A stretch of DNA of 64,000 nt from an uncultured Eubacteriaceae bacterium. GTDB lineage: Bacteria > Bacillota > Clostridia > Eubacteriales > UBA1433. The position numbers and the translations under genes are program-made. Shown here piece after piece: positions 37,138 to 47,864 of this stretch. The DNA lies in NCBI GenBank assembly GCA_964581565.1, contig CAZOOZ010000001.1, positions 131,470 to 195,469 of the forward strand, in the 5' to 3' direction. Every line of letters starts with the position of its first letter. Positions within the stretch are counted from its first letter, which is position 1. The notes beneath the pieces were generated by a model. The model searched no databases and was not told the DNA's origin. It saw nothing but the letters and a program-made list of their open reading frames with translations.

Positions 37138-38700
37138 ATGAATGCTTTATCGTATTTATTTTTTATAAAACTAAAAAACTATTTTAAAAGCTTTAAGCAA
37201 AATATTTCCAGATTAATCGTACTGATAATATTTATTGGTCTGATTGTAGTATCTGCTTTTTCGGCAAAAGGAGGCACCAGTGCTTCCAGAGATATAAGCG
37301 AGTTATATTCAATCCTTTTTGCACTCTATTTATTTGCTTTCATAGCCGGAAGTGTGCAAGGGTTACACTCGGGGGCAACTTTTTACACGCTGTCCGATGT
37401 CAATATTTTATTTCTGAGCCCCATCAATTCAAAACTTATTTTATTATACGGACTTATTAAGCAAATGGGGACATCTTTGCTTATTGGATTGTTTATATTG
37501 TTCCAATATTCGTGGCTTCATAATTTATATGGTATTTCTTTCGCAGATATATTAATCATTTTATTATGCTATGCATTATCAATTTTCGCATCAAATATCA
37601 CGGCAATGGTGATTTATTCTTTTTCAAACCATGATCCGCAAAAACAAAAATTAGTAAGATTTATTTTATATGCTTTTTGCATTGTGATAGGTATCATCAT
37701 TTTTTTGCCGGCAATAGCTAAAATTCTAACGGGGAAAAGCATGATCGAGGCATTCGTACTCGCTTCCAGTGCGCCCGTCATTAGCCTTGTGCCGGTTGCG
37801 GGATGGTTGCAGGTGCTCACGGCTTCCTGGATTATCGGGAATAAAGTTATGTTTATTTTTGCCTTCATTCCCGTTATCATTTATTTATTGATAGCTGTTT
37901 GGATTTTTTTCAAACTGCATCCCGATTTTTTTGAAGAAGTGCTTTTGGCAACTGAAATGAGGCATACGGCCCAAAGCAATGCTATGATGGGCAAGGTTGC
38001 CGAAAATACGCCGCAAAAAATAAAATTAAACAAAACAGGTATTCATAAAGGGAGCGGTGCGAGTGTATTTTTTTATAAACAAATACTGGAAAATAAACGT
38101 TCCCGTGTGATGCTTGTAGATAAAAATTTTCTTATTTATTTTTTCATAACGCTTATTTTCGCTTTTGCAATGAAAAAAATAGGTATTGTAGCCGTATTTA
38201 CTTTTTCAGTCTATATGATGATTTTTTCGACTGCGCTCAGCAGAGGAATCAAAGAACTTGCTATGCATTATGCGTATTTGATTCCGGTAAAGCCCGCTTT
38301 CAAGCTACTTGCTATTTTTATGGAAAGCATTTTAAAAATGACTGTAGAATCCGCAATTACTTTCTTTGTTATAGGCCTGCTGTACAAGGCATCTGCGAGT
38401 GAGATAATTTTATATATTTTTGCACGGATAGGGTTTGGAATTTTATTCTTAGCCGGAAATATTTTGATGGAAAAAGTACTTAAGGGCTCTATGAGCAAAG
38501 TTATAATGATCACATTATATTTCATCATATTAATTGCGTTAGGACTGCCCGGGGTTCTTCTGGGTATTTTGCTGAGCCATTTGTTGTCGGTTGCCTCGGC
38601 GGTATCGTTTATATTTATGATTTCATTTATTTGGAATATCTTTGTTTCGGTGGCAATCGGGTATTTATGCAGAGATTTGCTGCAATATCCTCATGCGTAA
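37138..38700 (+). CDS. Polytopic membrane protein, putative ABC exporter permease partner (520 aa)
   Basis: About 12 or more hydrophobic segments. It lies immediately downstream of the ATPase (10-nt gap). Confidence 0.6.
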   Translation: MNALSYLFFIKLKNYFKSFKQNISRLIVLIIFIGLIVVSAFSAKGGTSASRDISELYSILFALYLFAFIAGSVQGLHSGATFYTLSDVNILFLSPINSKLILLYGLIKQMGTSLLIGLFILFQYSWLHNLYGISFADILIILLCYALSIFASNITAMVIYSFSNHDPQKQKLVRFILYAFCIVIGIIIFLPAIAKILTGKSMIEAFVLASSAPVISLVPVAGWLQVLTASWIIGNKVMFIFAFIPVIIYLLIAVWIFFKLHPDFFEEVLLATEMRHTAQSNAMMGKVAENTPQKIKLNKTGIHKGSGASVFFYKQILENKRSRVMLVDKNFLIYFFITLIFAFAMKKIGIVAVFTFSVYMMIFSTALSRGIKELAMHYAYLIPVKPAFKLLAIFMESILKMTVESAITFFVIGLLYKASASEIILYIFARIGFGILFLAGNILMEKVLKGSMSKVIMITLYFIILIALGLPGVLLGILLSHLLSVASAVSFIFMISFIWNIFVSVAIGYLCRDLLQYPHA

Positions 38701-38719
38701 AGAGGCACAAAAAATCTTC

Positions 38720-39850
38720 TTATGCCATCGCTGTAAAGGCATTGTCGATATGAAGTATTTTATTGTCTTCATAGATTTCAATGATATCGAAGCGAATATC
38801 CGTATCCTGAATATGATGTTGCATGATGTAATGCAGTGCGGTTTGTGTGATCTTATTTATCTTGGCATAGTTGACCGCCATGGAGCCTGTGCCGTAGTCG
38901 GTATTTTTTCTCGTTTTGACTTCGCAAAATACCAGATATTCACGATCTTTATAAACAATATCAATCTCACCGTAAGGACTGGCGTAGTTTTTCTCTAGGA
39001 TGCGATACCCTTTATTTGCGATATATTCACAAGCCAGCACTTCGCCTGCATTGCCTATAGCTTTTTTGTCTTTTAGTGTAAATATATTTTTAATAAAGCT
39101 CTGTCTGTGAATAGTGCAAGGACCGTATTTGCGGATTGCTTCAATATGTGAGGATGTACCGTAGCCTTTGTTCGCATCAAATTCATACATAGGATATTCA
39201 AGAGCATATTGCTTCATCATGTGATCTCTGGTAACCTTTGCGACAATGCTTGCCGCTGCGACGGAGTAATAATTCTCATCAGCTTTACTTGGTCCCGCCT
39301 GTCTGATGGGGCAGGGCAGTAACAGTGCATCAATGAGCAGTGCATCGGGGTTGATATTTAAGTTTTCAACTGCTTGCATCATTGCTTCTTTGGTTGCATT
39401 TAAAATGTTGATTTTATCAATTCTATTATTATCGACAAAGCCGATTCCTATGGACATGGCATTTTCATAAATAGTTTGATATAGTTCTTCACGCTTTTTT
39501 TCGGTTAGTTTTTTGCTATCGTTTAGATACAAAACGGGGTTAGTAGCGCTCATTATTGTTGCACATGCCACGACCGGGCCTGCCAGAGGCCCTCTGCCGA
39601 CTTCATCAATTCCGGCAATGAGAACAGCCTCGCCGCCAAACAATGAATTTTGCGCAGCAATCATATGGTCTGTTCTTGTAATCTCTTTGTGATGCAGCGT
39701 TTCCTGTTTTTGCAATTGAGCTGCAAACGCGAGCACACTTTTACGATGATCTAAAAGTAAGTCATTATAATAATTCTTATATTCTTTTATATGAATTGTT
39801 TTGAAATAATTTTTGATTTCCTGAAGGGAAAAGTCTTTAAAATTTATCAT
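38720..39850 (-). CDS. rnhB: Fusion protein: ribonuclease HII (N-terminal) + YraN/UPF0102 PD-(D/E)xK-like endonuclease domain (C-terminal)
   Basis: RNase HII motif GIDEVGRGPLAGPVV ... DSKKL. The C-terminal ~110 aa (GNAGEVLACEYIANKGYRILEKNYASPYGEIDIVY ... FCEVKTR) match the YraN pattern. The two parts lie in one uninterrupted ORF. Confidence 0.8.
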   Translation of the reverse strand: MINFKDFSLQEIKNYFKTIHIKEYKNYYNDLLLDHRKSVLAFAAQLQKQETLHHKEITRTDHMIAAQNSLFGGEAVLIAGIDEVGRGPLAGPVVACATIMSATNPVLYLNDSKKLTEKKREELYQTIYENAMSIGIGFVDNNRIDKINILNATKEAMMQAVENLNINPDALLIDALLLPCPIRQAGPSKADENYYSVAAASIVAKVTRDHMMKQYALEYPMYEFDANKGYGTSSHIEAIRKYGPCTIHRQSFIKNIFTLKDKKAIGNAGEVLACEYIANKGYRILEKNYASPYGEIDIVYKDREYLVFCEVKTRKNTDYGTGSMAVNYAKINKITQTALHYIMQHHIQDTDIRFDIIEIYEDNKILHIDNAFTAMA

Positions 39851-39855
39851 TTTTA

Positions 39856-40698
39856 TTATTCCATCGGTTCTATATCATCCGGAGCTTGCAGGCTAATTTT
39901 ACCGATGACACCGTTTTTAAATTCATCATAAATCGTATCGGCGCATCGATTAATATCGACCTCGCCGCCTTTTATAATAAAACCTCTTTTTTTAGCAATC
40001 TCAGAGATCATTTCATCACTTGAGCTATGAAGACTGCTCAGTGCGTAACGTGCTTTTATCAAAGAAGGATAACGCTCTTTCATAAAGTCAAGGATTTCCA
40101 TGCAGGCAATATATTTATCAAAAATAATATCTTTGACACAACCTATCGCGACAAGATTAAAAGCATCTGTTTCGTTTTCTATTTTTGGCATCAAAACACC
40201 AGGGGTATCCAAAAGATGAAGCCGGTTATTTATACGTATCCATTGGTTGCCTCGTGTAATGCCTGGACGGTTACCGGTCTTAGCGCCGGAAGAAAGCGTG
40301 AGACTATTAATGAGCATGGATTTGCCGACATTGGGCAGACCGATCACCATAGCCCTGACAGCGCGGTTATAGCGTATATTGGTACCTGCATGACTGATCA
40401 AAATATTCGACAAGGCTTTGATCCCTTTGCGTGTAAGAGCATCAGTAAACACAAAAAGTTCATCATTGTTTTTTAAATATTTTTCCCATTTTTTTGAGGT
40501 AGCGTCATCGGCAAGAGAAGATTTATTATAGGCAACAAGCCGTTTTTTTTCACCTAAAATGGATGTCAACTCGCTGTTTCTGCTCGATACAGGGGCTCTC
40601 GCATCACATACCTCAATGACAATATCCACATTTTTGAGTTGTTCTTTTACAAGACGCATGGCTTTGGCCATATGCCCCGGAAACCATTGAACTTGCAT
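39856..40698 (-). CDS. rbgA: Ribosome biogenesis GTPase A (YlqF/RbgA)
   Basis: MQVQWFPGHMAKA start and a circularly permuted GTPase (NKSSLAD ... GLPNVGKS ... DTPG). Confidence 0.9.
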   Translation of the reverse strand: MQVQWFPGHMAKAMRLVKEQLKNVDIVIEVCDARAPVSSRNSELTSILGEKKRLVAYNKSSLADDATSKKWEKYLKNNDELFVFTDALTRKGIKALSNILISHAGTNIRYNRAVRAMVIGLPNVGKSMLINSLTLSSGAKTGNRPGITRGNQWIRINNRLHLLDTPGVLMPKIENETDAFNLVAIGCVKDIIFDKYIACMEILDFMKERYPSLIKARYALSSLHSSSDEMISEIAKKRGFIIKGGEVDINRCADTIYDEFKNGVIGKISLQAPDDIEPME

Positions 40699-40701
40699 AT
40701 T

Positions 40702-41244
40702 TTACTCCGTTACTATGTTGTAAGGCGAATTGAATTCATTTAGCGGCCATACTCTAAATACGATTTTACCGTCTATATCCTCTTTGGCGATAAAACCCAC
40801 GGAGGCATAACGACTATCCTGGCTTACCGGGCGGTTGTCTCCAAGCACAAAATAGCAGCCATCAGGCACGGTAACGGCGCTAAAGTCAGGATAAGTAAGT
40901 CCCTGCATCAAATAGGGTTCATCGAGCACAGCACCATTTCGATATACAGTGTTGTTTTTAATTTCTATCGTATCACCTTCTTTGCCGACAATACGTTTTA
41001 CATAATCATCAATGCTTTGTGATACATCTATGATTATAATATCGCCATACTCAGGCTCTTTAAAGTGATAGGTGATTTTGCTTACCAAAAGTCGATCGCC
41101 TTCCTTAAGAGTATTAAGCATACTCGTTCCTTCAACTTTGGCAAATACAAAAACGAAACTTCTAAGTATAATAGCCAGAATCAATGTAATGACAATGGCT
41201 TCAATCCATTCCTGCAATTCGGATTTTTTTCTTTTTTGTTTCAT
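40702..41244 (-). CDS. lepB: Signal peptidase I
   Basis: GTSMLNTL (catalytic Ser), VKRIVG (Lys) and GDNRPVSQDSR boxes. I moved the start to the ATG at 41244 (MKQKRKK). Confidence 0.9.
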   Translation of the reverse strand: MKQKRKKSELQEWIEAIVITLILAIILRSFVFVFAKVEGTSMLNTLKEGDRLLVSKITYHFKEPEYGDIIIIDVSQSIDDYVKRIVGKEGDTIEIKNNTVYRNGAVLDEPYLMQGLTYPDFSAVTVPDGCYFVLGDNRPVSQDSRYASVGFIAKEDIDGKIVFRVWPLNEFNSPYNIVTE

Positions 41245-41357
41245 GAAATAGGCCTTTCTTAAAGTCAAACTATACCTGTTCATTATCGCGCAATATCTTT
41301 TTTATTATATATGTTTTAAAACTAAAAAAAAAGGATTATTGTGTATAAAAATTTTCA

Positions 41358-41389
41358 ATAAAAAAAATAAAATCAGCAATGCTGATTTT
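41358..41389 (-). terminator. Hairpin terminator/attenuator downstream of rplS
   Basis: Perfect palindrome AATCAGCA/TGCTGATT flanked by A/T runs. It overlaps the rplS stop. Confidence 0.6.
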
Positions 41390-41750
41390 ATTTTGCTGTT
41401 TTTCTGTCTATCCTTTTTTCTTTGATTTTAGCGGCTTTACCTACTCTGTCTCTTAAATAATATAGTTTAGCGCGTCTTACTTTGCCAAGTCTGACCACTT
41501 CTATTTTATCGATTCTCGGAGAGTGAACAGGGAATGTTCTTTCAACACCTACACCGTAAGAGATTTTTCTTACCGTAAATGTTTCGCCAATACCGCCGTT
41601 TTGCTTTTTGATTACGATACCCTCGAATATCTGAATCCTTTCTCTTTTGCCTTCTACAACTTTAACGTGAACTTTAACGGTATCGCCGATATTAAAATCA
41701 GAGACGGTGTCTTTTAAATAATCACTTTCAATAGCTTTTATGAGGTCCAT
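41388..41750 (-). CDS. rplS: 50S ribosomal protein L19
   Basis: [25 protein letters not shown] ... [18 protein letters not shown]. Confidence 0.95.
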   Translation of the reverse strand: MDLIKAIESDYLKDTVSDFNIGDTVKVHVKVVEGKRERIQIFEGIVIKKQNGGIGETFTVRKISYGVGVERTFPVHSPRIDKIEVVRLGKVRRAKLYYLRDRVGKAAKIKEKRIDRKTAK

Positions 41751-41767
41751 AATTGCTACCTCCTTTC

Positions 41768-42487
41768 TTACTTTTTGTTCATTTTTTGTGTGATTTCTGT
41801 CTTTGTCATATATTTTTCATATAGATCTTTTCGGTGCTTTTTTGTTCTTTGAAGCGAATCATGATGTCGATATTCTTTTATTTTGGCATGATTTCCGCTC
41901 AGCAACACACTCGGCACTTCAACGCCTTCAAAAATTTCGGGCCGTGTATAATGCGCATATTCTAAAAGGCCGTTTTCAAAGCTTTCTTCGCTGCTGCTTT
42001 CATCATTTCCAAGTATCCCGCTGCAGTAACGCATAATACTGTCCATAAATACGATTGAGGCGATTTCTCCGCCTGTAAGCACGTAGTCGCCCACAGATAT
42101 ATATTCGTCAACCACCATATCCAACGCACGCTGATCGATGCCTTCATAATGACCGCAAAGCAAAATCAGTTCTTTGTAATCAGAATAAGTTTTTGCAATC
42201 TCATTATTGAGTGTTTGACCGATAGGGGAGAAATAAATCACAGGGATATCTCTGCCGTCTTTTGCGGAATTGACGGCATCTACCACAGGTTGCGGTGTGA
42301 GAACCATTCCTGCACCGCCGCCATAAGGATAGTCATCTGTGTTTTTGTGTCTATCTTGCGAATAGGAACGAATATTTATAAAATTTATTTCCGCCATCGA
42401 GTTTTTTACAGCACGAGAAATGATGCTGTAACTTTTATAGGCTTCAATTATTTCGCTGAATAATCCGACACAAGTAAATTTAATCAT
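41768..42487 (-). CDS. trmD: tRNA (guanine37-N1)-methyltransferase
   Basis: [12 protein letters not shown] and [10 protein letters not shown] motifs. Confidence 0.92.
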   Translation of the reverse strand: MIKFTCVGLFSEIIEAYKSYSIISRAVKNSMAEINFINIRSYSQDRHKNTDDYPYGGGAGMVLTPQPVVDAVNSAKDGRDIPVIYFSPIGQTLNNEIAKTYSDYKELILLCGHYEGIDQRALDMVVDEYISVGDYVLTGGEIASIVFMDSIMRYCSGILGNDESSSEESFENGLLEYAHYTRPEIFEGVEVPSVLLSGNHAKIKEYRHHDSLQRTKKHRKDLYEKYMTKTEITQKMNKK

Positions 42488-42998
42488 AATCTACTCCGCT
42501 TGATATATCAACTTTTATCATGCCTTGATCAATAAAAACCGATACATTTTTTTTCAGCGCAGGAATCAAATATTTTTTTTTGCCTGTAATAACGATCACG
42601 TCAACAGATCCCGTTTGGATAATGTCGCTTATTTCACCGATATTGATATTATCTAGATCATAGGCACTCAGCCCGATTAAATCTTCAATAAAATATTCAT
42701 CGTCATTGAGCGGTACGGCATGTGCTCTGTCAATATAAAGAAAATTGTTTTTAAGAGTTTCTGCTTCGTTACGGTTATTGAATTCATCAAATTTAATGAA
42801 AACAATATTCTCATTCAGCTGAACTTTTTGAATCGTTAATTTTTGCGGCATATCACAGTCGTTTAGAAAGACATGTGTTAAATTTTGAAATCTTGTGATG
42901 TCATCTGTCAGCGGAATGACTTTAACGGTGCCTTTGATGCCGTGAGCTGCTGCTATTTTGCCTATTTTCAGATAATTATGCATCGCGGTATTCATCAT
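42480..42998 (-). CDS. rimM: 16S rRNA processing protein RimM
   Basis: IGKIAAAHGIKGTVKV N-terminus and a PRC-barrel C-terminus. Conserved position between the KH-protein gene and trmD. Confidence 0.88.
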   Translation of the reverse strand: MMNTAMHNYLKIGKIAAAHGIKGTVKVIPLTDDITRFQNLTHVFLNDCDMPQKLTIQKVQLNENIVFIKFDEFNNRNEAETLKNNFLYIDRAHAVPLNDDEYFIEDLIGLSAYDLDNINIGEISDIIQTGSVDVIVITGKKKYLIPALKKNVSVFIDQGMIKVDISSGVDYD

Positions 42999-43225
42999 TA
43001 AATGATTTCTAATTCAACACGGCAATTCTCTTTGATCGCTGCAGCTTTAAGCACAGTTCGCATAGCATGCGCTACTCTGCCTTGTTTTCCTATGACTTTG
43101 CCCATATCTGTGTCTGCGACATGCAATTCAAGGAATATGGTGTTTCCTTCTTTTCGCTCTGTTACTTCAACTTGTTCCGGGTAATCAACCAGTGACTTTG
43201 CTATTGTTTGTATTATTTCTTTCAT
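42998..43225 (-). CDS. KH-domain RNA-binding protein (YlqC-like)
   Basis: 75 aa with GKVIGKQGR (a GxxG KH motif). Conserved position after rpsP. Confidence 0.85.
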   Translation of the reverse strand: MKEIIQTIAKSLVDYPEQVEVTERKEGNTIFLELHVADTDMGKVIGKQGRVAHAMRTVLKAAAIKENCRVELEII

Positions 43226-43240
43226 AATAACCTCGTTATC

Positions 43241-43483
43241 TTAAGAGATAATGCCTTCTTTTTTTAACAGTGATTTCACCGTATCAGTAGGCTGTGCACC
43301 ATAACTAAGCCATTTTAGTGCCTTTTCTTTATCGATCGCAAGATCTTTTTCTCCGACAGGTTTATAGTAGCCTATTTCGTCTATATTTCTGCCGTCTCTG
43401 GGTGCTCTAGCATCTGCAACAACAATCCTGTAAAAGGGTTTTTTCTTTGCGCCCATTCTTTTAAGTCTGATTTTAACTGCCAT
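43241..43483 (-). CDS. rpsP: 30S ribosomal protein S16
   Basis: [32 protein letters not shown]. Confidence 0.95.
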   Translation of the reverse strand: MAVKIRLKRMGAKKKPFYRIVVADARAPRDGRNIDEIGYYKPVGEKDLAIDKEKALKWLSYGAQPTDTVKSLLKKEGIIS

Positions 43484-43524
43484 TTTTTCACCTCCTCGAG
43501 TTAGATATATATATTTAGAATTTA

Positions 43525-44841
43525 TTACATAAAAGGAAAGTTGAGTTTTCCTTTTTTGCCTGATTTGCCTGAAAATTGTTTCATTAATTTTTTGCTTTGT
43601 TCATATCCGTTGATCAGTTTATTCACGTCACTGACATTGGTACCGCTTCCGCTGGCTATTCTTCTTCTTCTGGAAGCATTCAATATAGATGGATTTTGGC
43701 GCTCCTTTACTGTCATAGACTGAATAATGGCTTTTTGATGCAGCAAGTCTTTTTCGTCTATTTTTAATCCTTTGAATTGTTTTGCATTCGGCATCATTTT
43801 AAGCATTTCTTCAATGCCGCCCATTTGCTGCATTTGCTGGAGCTGCTGCAAAAAATCTTCCAGAGTAAATGCGTTTTTTGCTATTTTGCGGCTTAGCTCT
43901 TCTGCCGCCTGTGCATCATATGCTATTTCCGCTTTTTCAATAAGACCCAAAACATCTCCCATACCGAGAATTCTGCCAACGATTCTATCGGCGTTGAAAA
44001 TCTCCAAATCGGATATTTTTTCACCTACTCCGCAAAATTTAATGGGTTTTTGTGTCGTGTGGGTGACAGATAAAGCTGCACCGCCTCGCGTGTCACTGTC
44101 AAGCTTTGTGAGTATGATGCCGGTTAGGTTTAGCGTTTCATCAAATGCTTTTGCAGTGTTCACTGCATCCTGGCCGGTCATAGCGTCAATACACAGTAAT
44201 ATTTCAGTAGGATTTGTAATTTTGGCAATATCCGATATTTCAGCCATCATTTCTTCATCAATACTCATTCGTCCCGCTGTATCGACTATCAAAACATCAA
44301 CGAATTGTTCTTTGGCTGCTTTTAAAGCCGCTGATACAATTTCCTGAGGTTTGGAATCCGTATAAAAAACGGGGATATCTATTTGAGCTCCGAGTGTTTG
44401 CAGTTGTTTTACGGCGGCAGGACGATAGGTGTCGCAGGCAGCCAGCATCACTTTTTTATTTTGTTTTCTGATGAGATTCGCAAGTTTGGCGGCAGATGTT
44501 GTTTTTCCGCTTCCTTGAATACCTGCCATTAAGATTACGGTAAGGCCGCGGCTGCTGTAATTGAGTTTATTGTCTTGTCCGCTTAATATATCAATCATCT
44601 CGTCGCGAACGATTTTTATATATTGCTGGGAAGGGGTAAGGCTTTTCATTACTTCATCGCCTAAAGCCCTTGCAGATATTTTATCTGTAAATTCTTTTAC
44701 GACTTTATAGTTCACATCGGCTTCAAGCATAGCCAGCTTTATTTCTCTGCCGGCTGTCTTGATATCTGCTTCCGTAAGTTTTCCTTTTTTTTTGAGTTTG
44801 GAAAGGGAGTCTTGCAGTTTGCTTCCTAAATTATCAAACAT
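43525..44841 (-). CDS. ffh: Signal recognition particle protein Ffh
   Basis: NG domain ([18 protein letters not shown]) and a Met-rich M domain. I placed the start at the second ATG (44841), 8 nt after AGGAGG. Confidence 0.93.
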   Translation of the reverse strand: MFDNLGSKLQDSLSKLKKKGKLTEADIKTAGREIKLAMLEADVNYKVVKEFTDKISARALGDEVMKSLTPSQQYIKIVRDEMIDILSGQDNKLNYSSRGLTVILMAGIQGSGKTTSAAKLANLIRKQNKKVMLAACDTYRPAAVKQLQTLGAQIDIPVFYTDSKPQEIVSAALKAAKEQFVDVLIVDTAGRMSIDEEMMAEISDIAKITNPTEILLCIDAMTGQDAVNTAKAFDETLNLTGIILTKLDSDTRGGAALSVTHTTQKPIKFCGVGEKISDLEIFNADRIVGRILGMGDVLGLIEKAEIAYDAQAAEELSRKIAKNAFTLEDFLQQLQQMQQMGGIEEMLKMMPNAKQFKGLKIDEKDLLHQKAIIQSMTVKERQNPSILNASRRRRIASGSGTNVSDVNKLINGYEQSKKLMKQFSGKSGKKGKLNFPFM

Positions 44842-44855
44842 TGACATCGCCTCCT

Positions 44856-45200
44856 TTATTCATTGATGAATGCATCAAGTAACGTTTCAATATCTTTTAT
44901 GGTTTTTTTATCTTGCCCATCTGCACAAAGGGTAGACAAAAGAGCTTTTATTTCACTGATCGAGTTTTCACGCAGGGATTGTTTTTGCAGTAAATGAAGC
45001 ATATTTTCATATTTGTTCAACAATGCTTCTCCTTTTTTTATGGTGTCATGCGCCGCTTGCCTTGATATCAAATATAAATCGGCAATCTCGCTCAGCGAAT
45101 AGTCTTCTTCGTAATATAATTTCAAAATTTCGCTTTGCTTATCGGTCAACAATATGCCATAATGATCGAGAAGCATTGAAATGCGTACAAACTCTTTCAT
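44856..45200 (-). CDS. ylxM: YlxM/UPF0122 HTH protein (SRP-operon associated)
   Basis: LLDHYGILLTDKQSEILKLYYEEDYSLSEIA, a sigma-70 region-4-like HTH. Located upstream of ffh. Confidence 0.85.
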   Translation of the reverse strand: MKEFVRISMLLDHYGILLTDKQSEILKLYYEEDYSLSEIADLYLISRQAAHDTIKKGEALLNKYENMLHLLQKQSLRENSISEIKALLSTLCADGQDKKTIKDIETLLDAFINE

Positions 45201-45406
45201 AATCCACCATGATCGTAAAGTTTATTGGCTTTGTAAAGCAATATCACTTTACACCTAAGATATTTTAAATAAATATATTGAATTTGTCAATTATTATTTT
45301 GTAAAACATGTAATAAAATGAATCTGATTGATATAATCTAATATATATGTTAAAATGTTTTATCTATCTAAAATAAACAAGCACTTTAGCTATAGGGAGG
45401 TAAAAA

Positions 45407-46339
45407 ATGATTTCGATTTATTATACTGAAAATGAAAAATTACATAAAAATGATACTATATTGCCCGATAGTTGGGTGCATTTAATAAGTCCCACTTCCG
45501 AGGAGATTGACTATGTCTGCGAGTCTTTGAATATCGATATCGATTTTTTAAGGGCATCATTGGACGAAGAAGAGAGGGCGAGACTCGAGATTGAAGACGG
45601 CCACACAATGGTTATCTTTGACACTCCCATCGTTGAAGCAGACGGGGACGGATATGTATACAGCACAATTCCGGTAGGCATTGTATTAACTGAAAATAAT
45701 ATTATAACAATCTCTCTTAAAGATGTACCTACGCTGAAATATTTTTACGATTTTCGAATGGTAAAATTTTCTACAAAAAAAAGAAACAGAATGTTTTTGC
45801 AAATACTGTACAGAAATGCGGCGCTGTTTTTAACTTACTTAAAACAAATAGATAAAATGAGCACAAAAGTAGAACAGGAACTGCATAAATCCATGAAAAA
45901 CAAAGAGTTGATACAAATGCTCAAACTTGAAAAGAGCTTGGTTTACTTTGCTACATCACTGAAATCAAATGAAGTGGTTATGGAAAAGCTTTTACGTGTA
46001 TCTTTTATCAAAAAATATCCGGATGATTTGGATTTGCTGGAAGATGTTATCATTGAAAATAAACAAGCTATTGAGATGTGTAATATTTACAGGGATATCC
46101 TAAGCGGCACAATGGATGCATTTGCTTCGGTGATTTCAAACAATCTAAATATTGTCATGAAGCTTCTCACATCCATCACGATTATCATTGCAATTCCGAC
46201 GCTTATAGCCAGTCTTTGGGGAATGAACGTAGCCGTTCCTTTTAAAAATGATGCGTACGGATTTGTTATTGTAGTGGCTATCGCGCTTGTTTGTGCGATC
46301 GTGAGCATTTTTGTTATGATTCGAAAAAAAATGATGTGA
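45407..46339 (+). CDS. corA: CorA-family divalent cation transporter
   Basis: C-terminal two TM segments with the GMN signature (LWGMNV), ~310 aa. Confidence 0.88.
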   Translation: MISIYYTENEKLHKNDTILPDSWVHLISPTSEEIDYVCESLNIDIDFLRASLDEEERARLEIEDGHTMVIFDTPIVEADGDGYVYSTIPVGIVLTENNIITISLKDVPTLKYFYDFRMVKFSTKKRNRMFLQILYRNAALFLTYLKQIDKMSTKVEQELHKSMKNKELIQMLKLEKSLVYFATSLKSNEVVMEKLLRVSFIKKYPDDLDLLEDVIIENKQAIEMCNIYRDILSGTMDAFASVISNNLNIVMKLLTSITIIIAIPTLIASLWGMNVAVPFKNDAYGFVIVVAIALVCAIVSIFVMIRKKMM

Positions 46340-46358
46340 ATAGAATGCAAACAAAATA

Positions 46359-46390
46359 AAAAGTGCAGTTATGACACTGCACTTTTTTAT
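46359..46390. terminator. Bidirectional terminator between corA and proS
   Basis: AAAAGTGCAG-TTATGACA-CTGCACTTTTTT. Confidence 0.8.
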
Positions 46391-47833
46391 TTAATACGCT
46401 CTTGCCAGATAAACCATTGTATCGGATTGCTTGCCGCAGCATATACACGTGCCGTCTCCGATGACTTCCTGCTCAAAAGGAATACAGCGGATACTTGCGC
46501 CCGTGAGTTCTTTTATCTTCTCTTCGCATTCTCTGCTGCCGCACCACATAGCCTTAATAAAACCGGGGTTTTCTTTAAGATTTGTTTTCATTTCTTCAAT
46601 ACTTTGCGCGGTGCTTGTTTTTTGTTCTCTCATTTCCAATGCGCGATGATACATATTATTTTGAATATCTTGTAAGGTTTGTGCTGCGATTGTGTTTGCT
46701 TCATCAAGACAAACATTAAATTTTTCACCTGTGTCTCTTCTCACAAAAACACATTTGTTATTTTGTATATCTTTGGGACCGATCTCTATGCGGAGAGGCA
46801 CGCCTTTCATTTCCCACTGGCTGAATTTCCATCCCGGCGAATAGCTTTCAGAATCGTCCACTTTCACCTTATATTCCTTTAAACATTCTTTAAGCTTGTA
46901 AGCTTTGTTCAATACGCCTTCCTTGTGCTGAGCAATAGGAACGATAACAATTTGTATTGGGGAAATTTTGGGAGGCAGCATAAGCCCGCTGTTATCGCCG
47001 TGAACCATGATAATAGCACCTATTAATCTGGTTGAAATACCCCATGATGTGTGATAGGGATAGGAACGTTTGCCTTCTCGGTCTGTATACATAATATCGA
47101 ATGCTTTTGTAAAATGCTGCCCTAAATTATGACTGGTGCCGGATTGCAGTGCTTGTCCGTCATGCATGAGCGCTTCCATCGTATATGTTGCATGAGCGCC
47201 GGCAAATTTTTCTTTTTCGCTCTTTTGACCTGTAATCATAGGGATGGCCATATATTCTTCAGCGACTTTTCTGTAGATATTCAGCATTTGCATTGTCTCG
47301 GTCTGCGCTTCTTCTTCGCTTTCATGCAAGGTGTGTCCTTCCTGCCATAAAAATTCGGAAGTGCGCAGAAAAGGCCTTGTTGTTTTTTCCCAGCGCACAA
47401 CACTGCACCATTGATTATATAAAAAAGGCAGCTGACGCCATGTTTGTAGCCATTTGGAATACATGCTGCATATTATCGTTTCCGAAGTAGGGCGTATACA
47501 TAGTTTTTCCGCAAGTTCCGAGCCGCCGCCATGTGTGACCCATGCCACTTCGGGAGCGAATCCTTCCACATGTTCGGCTTCTTTTTTCAACAAGCTCTCA
47601 GGGATGAGAAGAGGGAAATACATATTTTCATGCCCTGTCTGTTTGAATAATTTGTCATATTCATTTTTAATATTTTCCCATATTGCAAAGCCATATGGAC
47701 GTATAACCATGAATCCTTTCACAGGAGAATAATCCGCAAGCTCTGTTTTCATGATCACATCTGTGTACCATTTTGCGAAGTCTTCCTCCATATTTGTGAT
47801 TGCTTCAATGTTTTGTTGTTTATCTTTTGCCAT
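46391..47833 (-). CDS. proS: Prolyl-tRNA synthetase (archaeal/eukaryotic-like type, 480 aa)
   Basis: Class II motifs (FRxE-like [19 protein letters not shown] ... GTSHNLG), no bacterial INS editing insertion, and a C-terminal Cys-rich domain. Confidence 0.9.
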   Translation of the reverse strand: MAKDKQQNIEAITNMEEDFAKWYTDVIMKTELADYSPVKGFMVIRPYGFAIWENIKNEYDKLFKQTGHENMYFPLLIPESLLKKEAEHVEGFAPEVAWVTHGGGSELAEKLCIRPTSETIICSMYSKWLQTWRQLPFLYNQWCSVVRWEKTTRPFLRTSEFLWQEGHTLHESEEEAQTETMQMLNIYRKVAEEYMAIPMITGQKSEKEKFAGAHATYTMEALMHDGQALQSGTSHNLGQHFTKAFDIMYTDREGKRSYPYHTSWGISTRLIGAIIMVHGDNSGLMLPPKISPIQIVIVPIAQHKEGVLNKAYKLKECLKEYKVKVDDSESYSPGWKFSQWEMKGVPLRIEIGPKDIQNNKCVFVRRDTGEKFNVCLDEANTIAAQTLQDIQNNMYHRALEMREQKTSTAQSIEEMKTNLKENPGFIKAMWCGSRECEEKIKELTGASIRCIPFEQEVIGDGTCICCGKQSDTMVYLARAY

Positions 47834-47864
47834 GTAGCCTTCTCCTAAATTATTTGTCTATAGA

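Noticed and set aside
38642-38998. 118-aa plus-strand ORF overlapping the 3' end of the permease gene and the rnhB-yraN gene
   Set aside because: It is antisense to the conserved YraN domain, has no motifs or RBS, and is probably spurious.
43772-44347. 191-aa ORF antisense to ffh
   Set aside because: The translation is S/A/I-rich and featureless, it lies entirely within the highly conserved ffh coding frame, and it has no start context.
45201-45406. Possible Mg2+ (M-box) riboswitch upstream of corA
   Set aside because: The 206-nt spacer is almost pure AT, with none of the conserved G/C-rich M-box helices. It is better read as a divergent promoter region.
47834-47864. T-box leader upstream of proS
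   Set aside because: Only 31 nt separate proS from the upstream gene, which is too short for a T-box. I recorded this as an organisational oddity instead.
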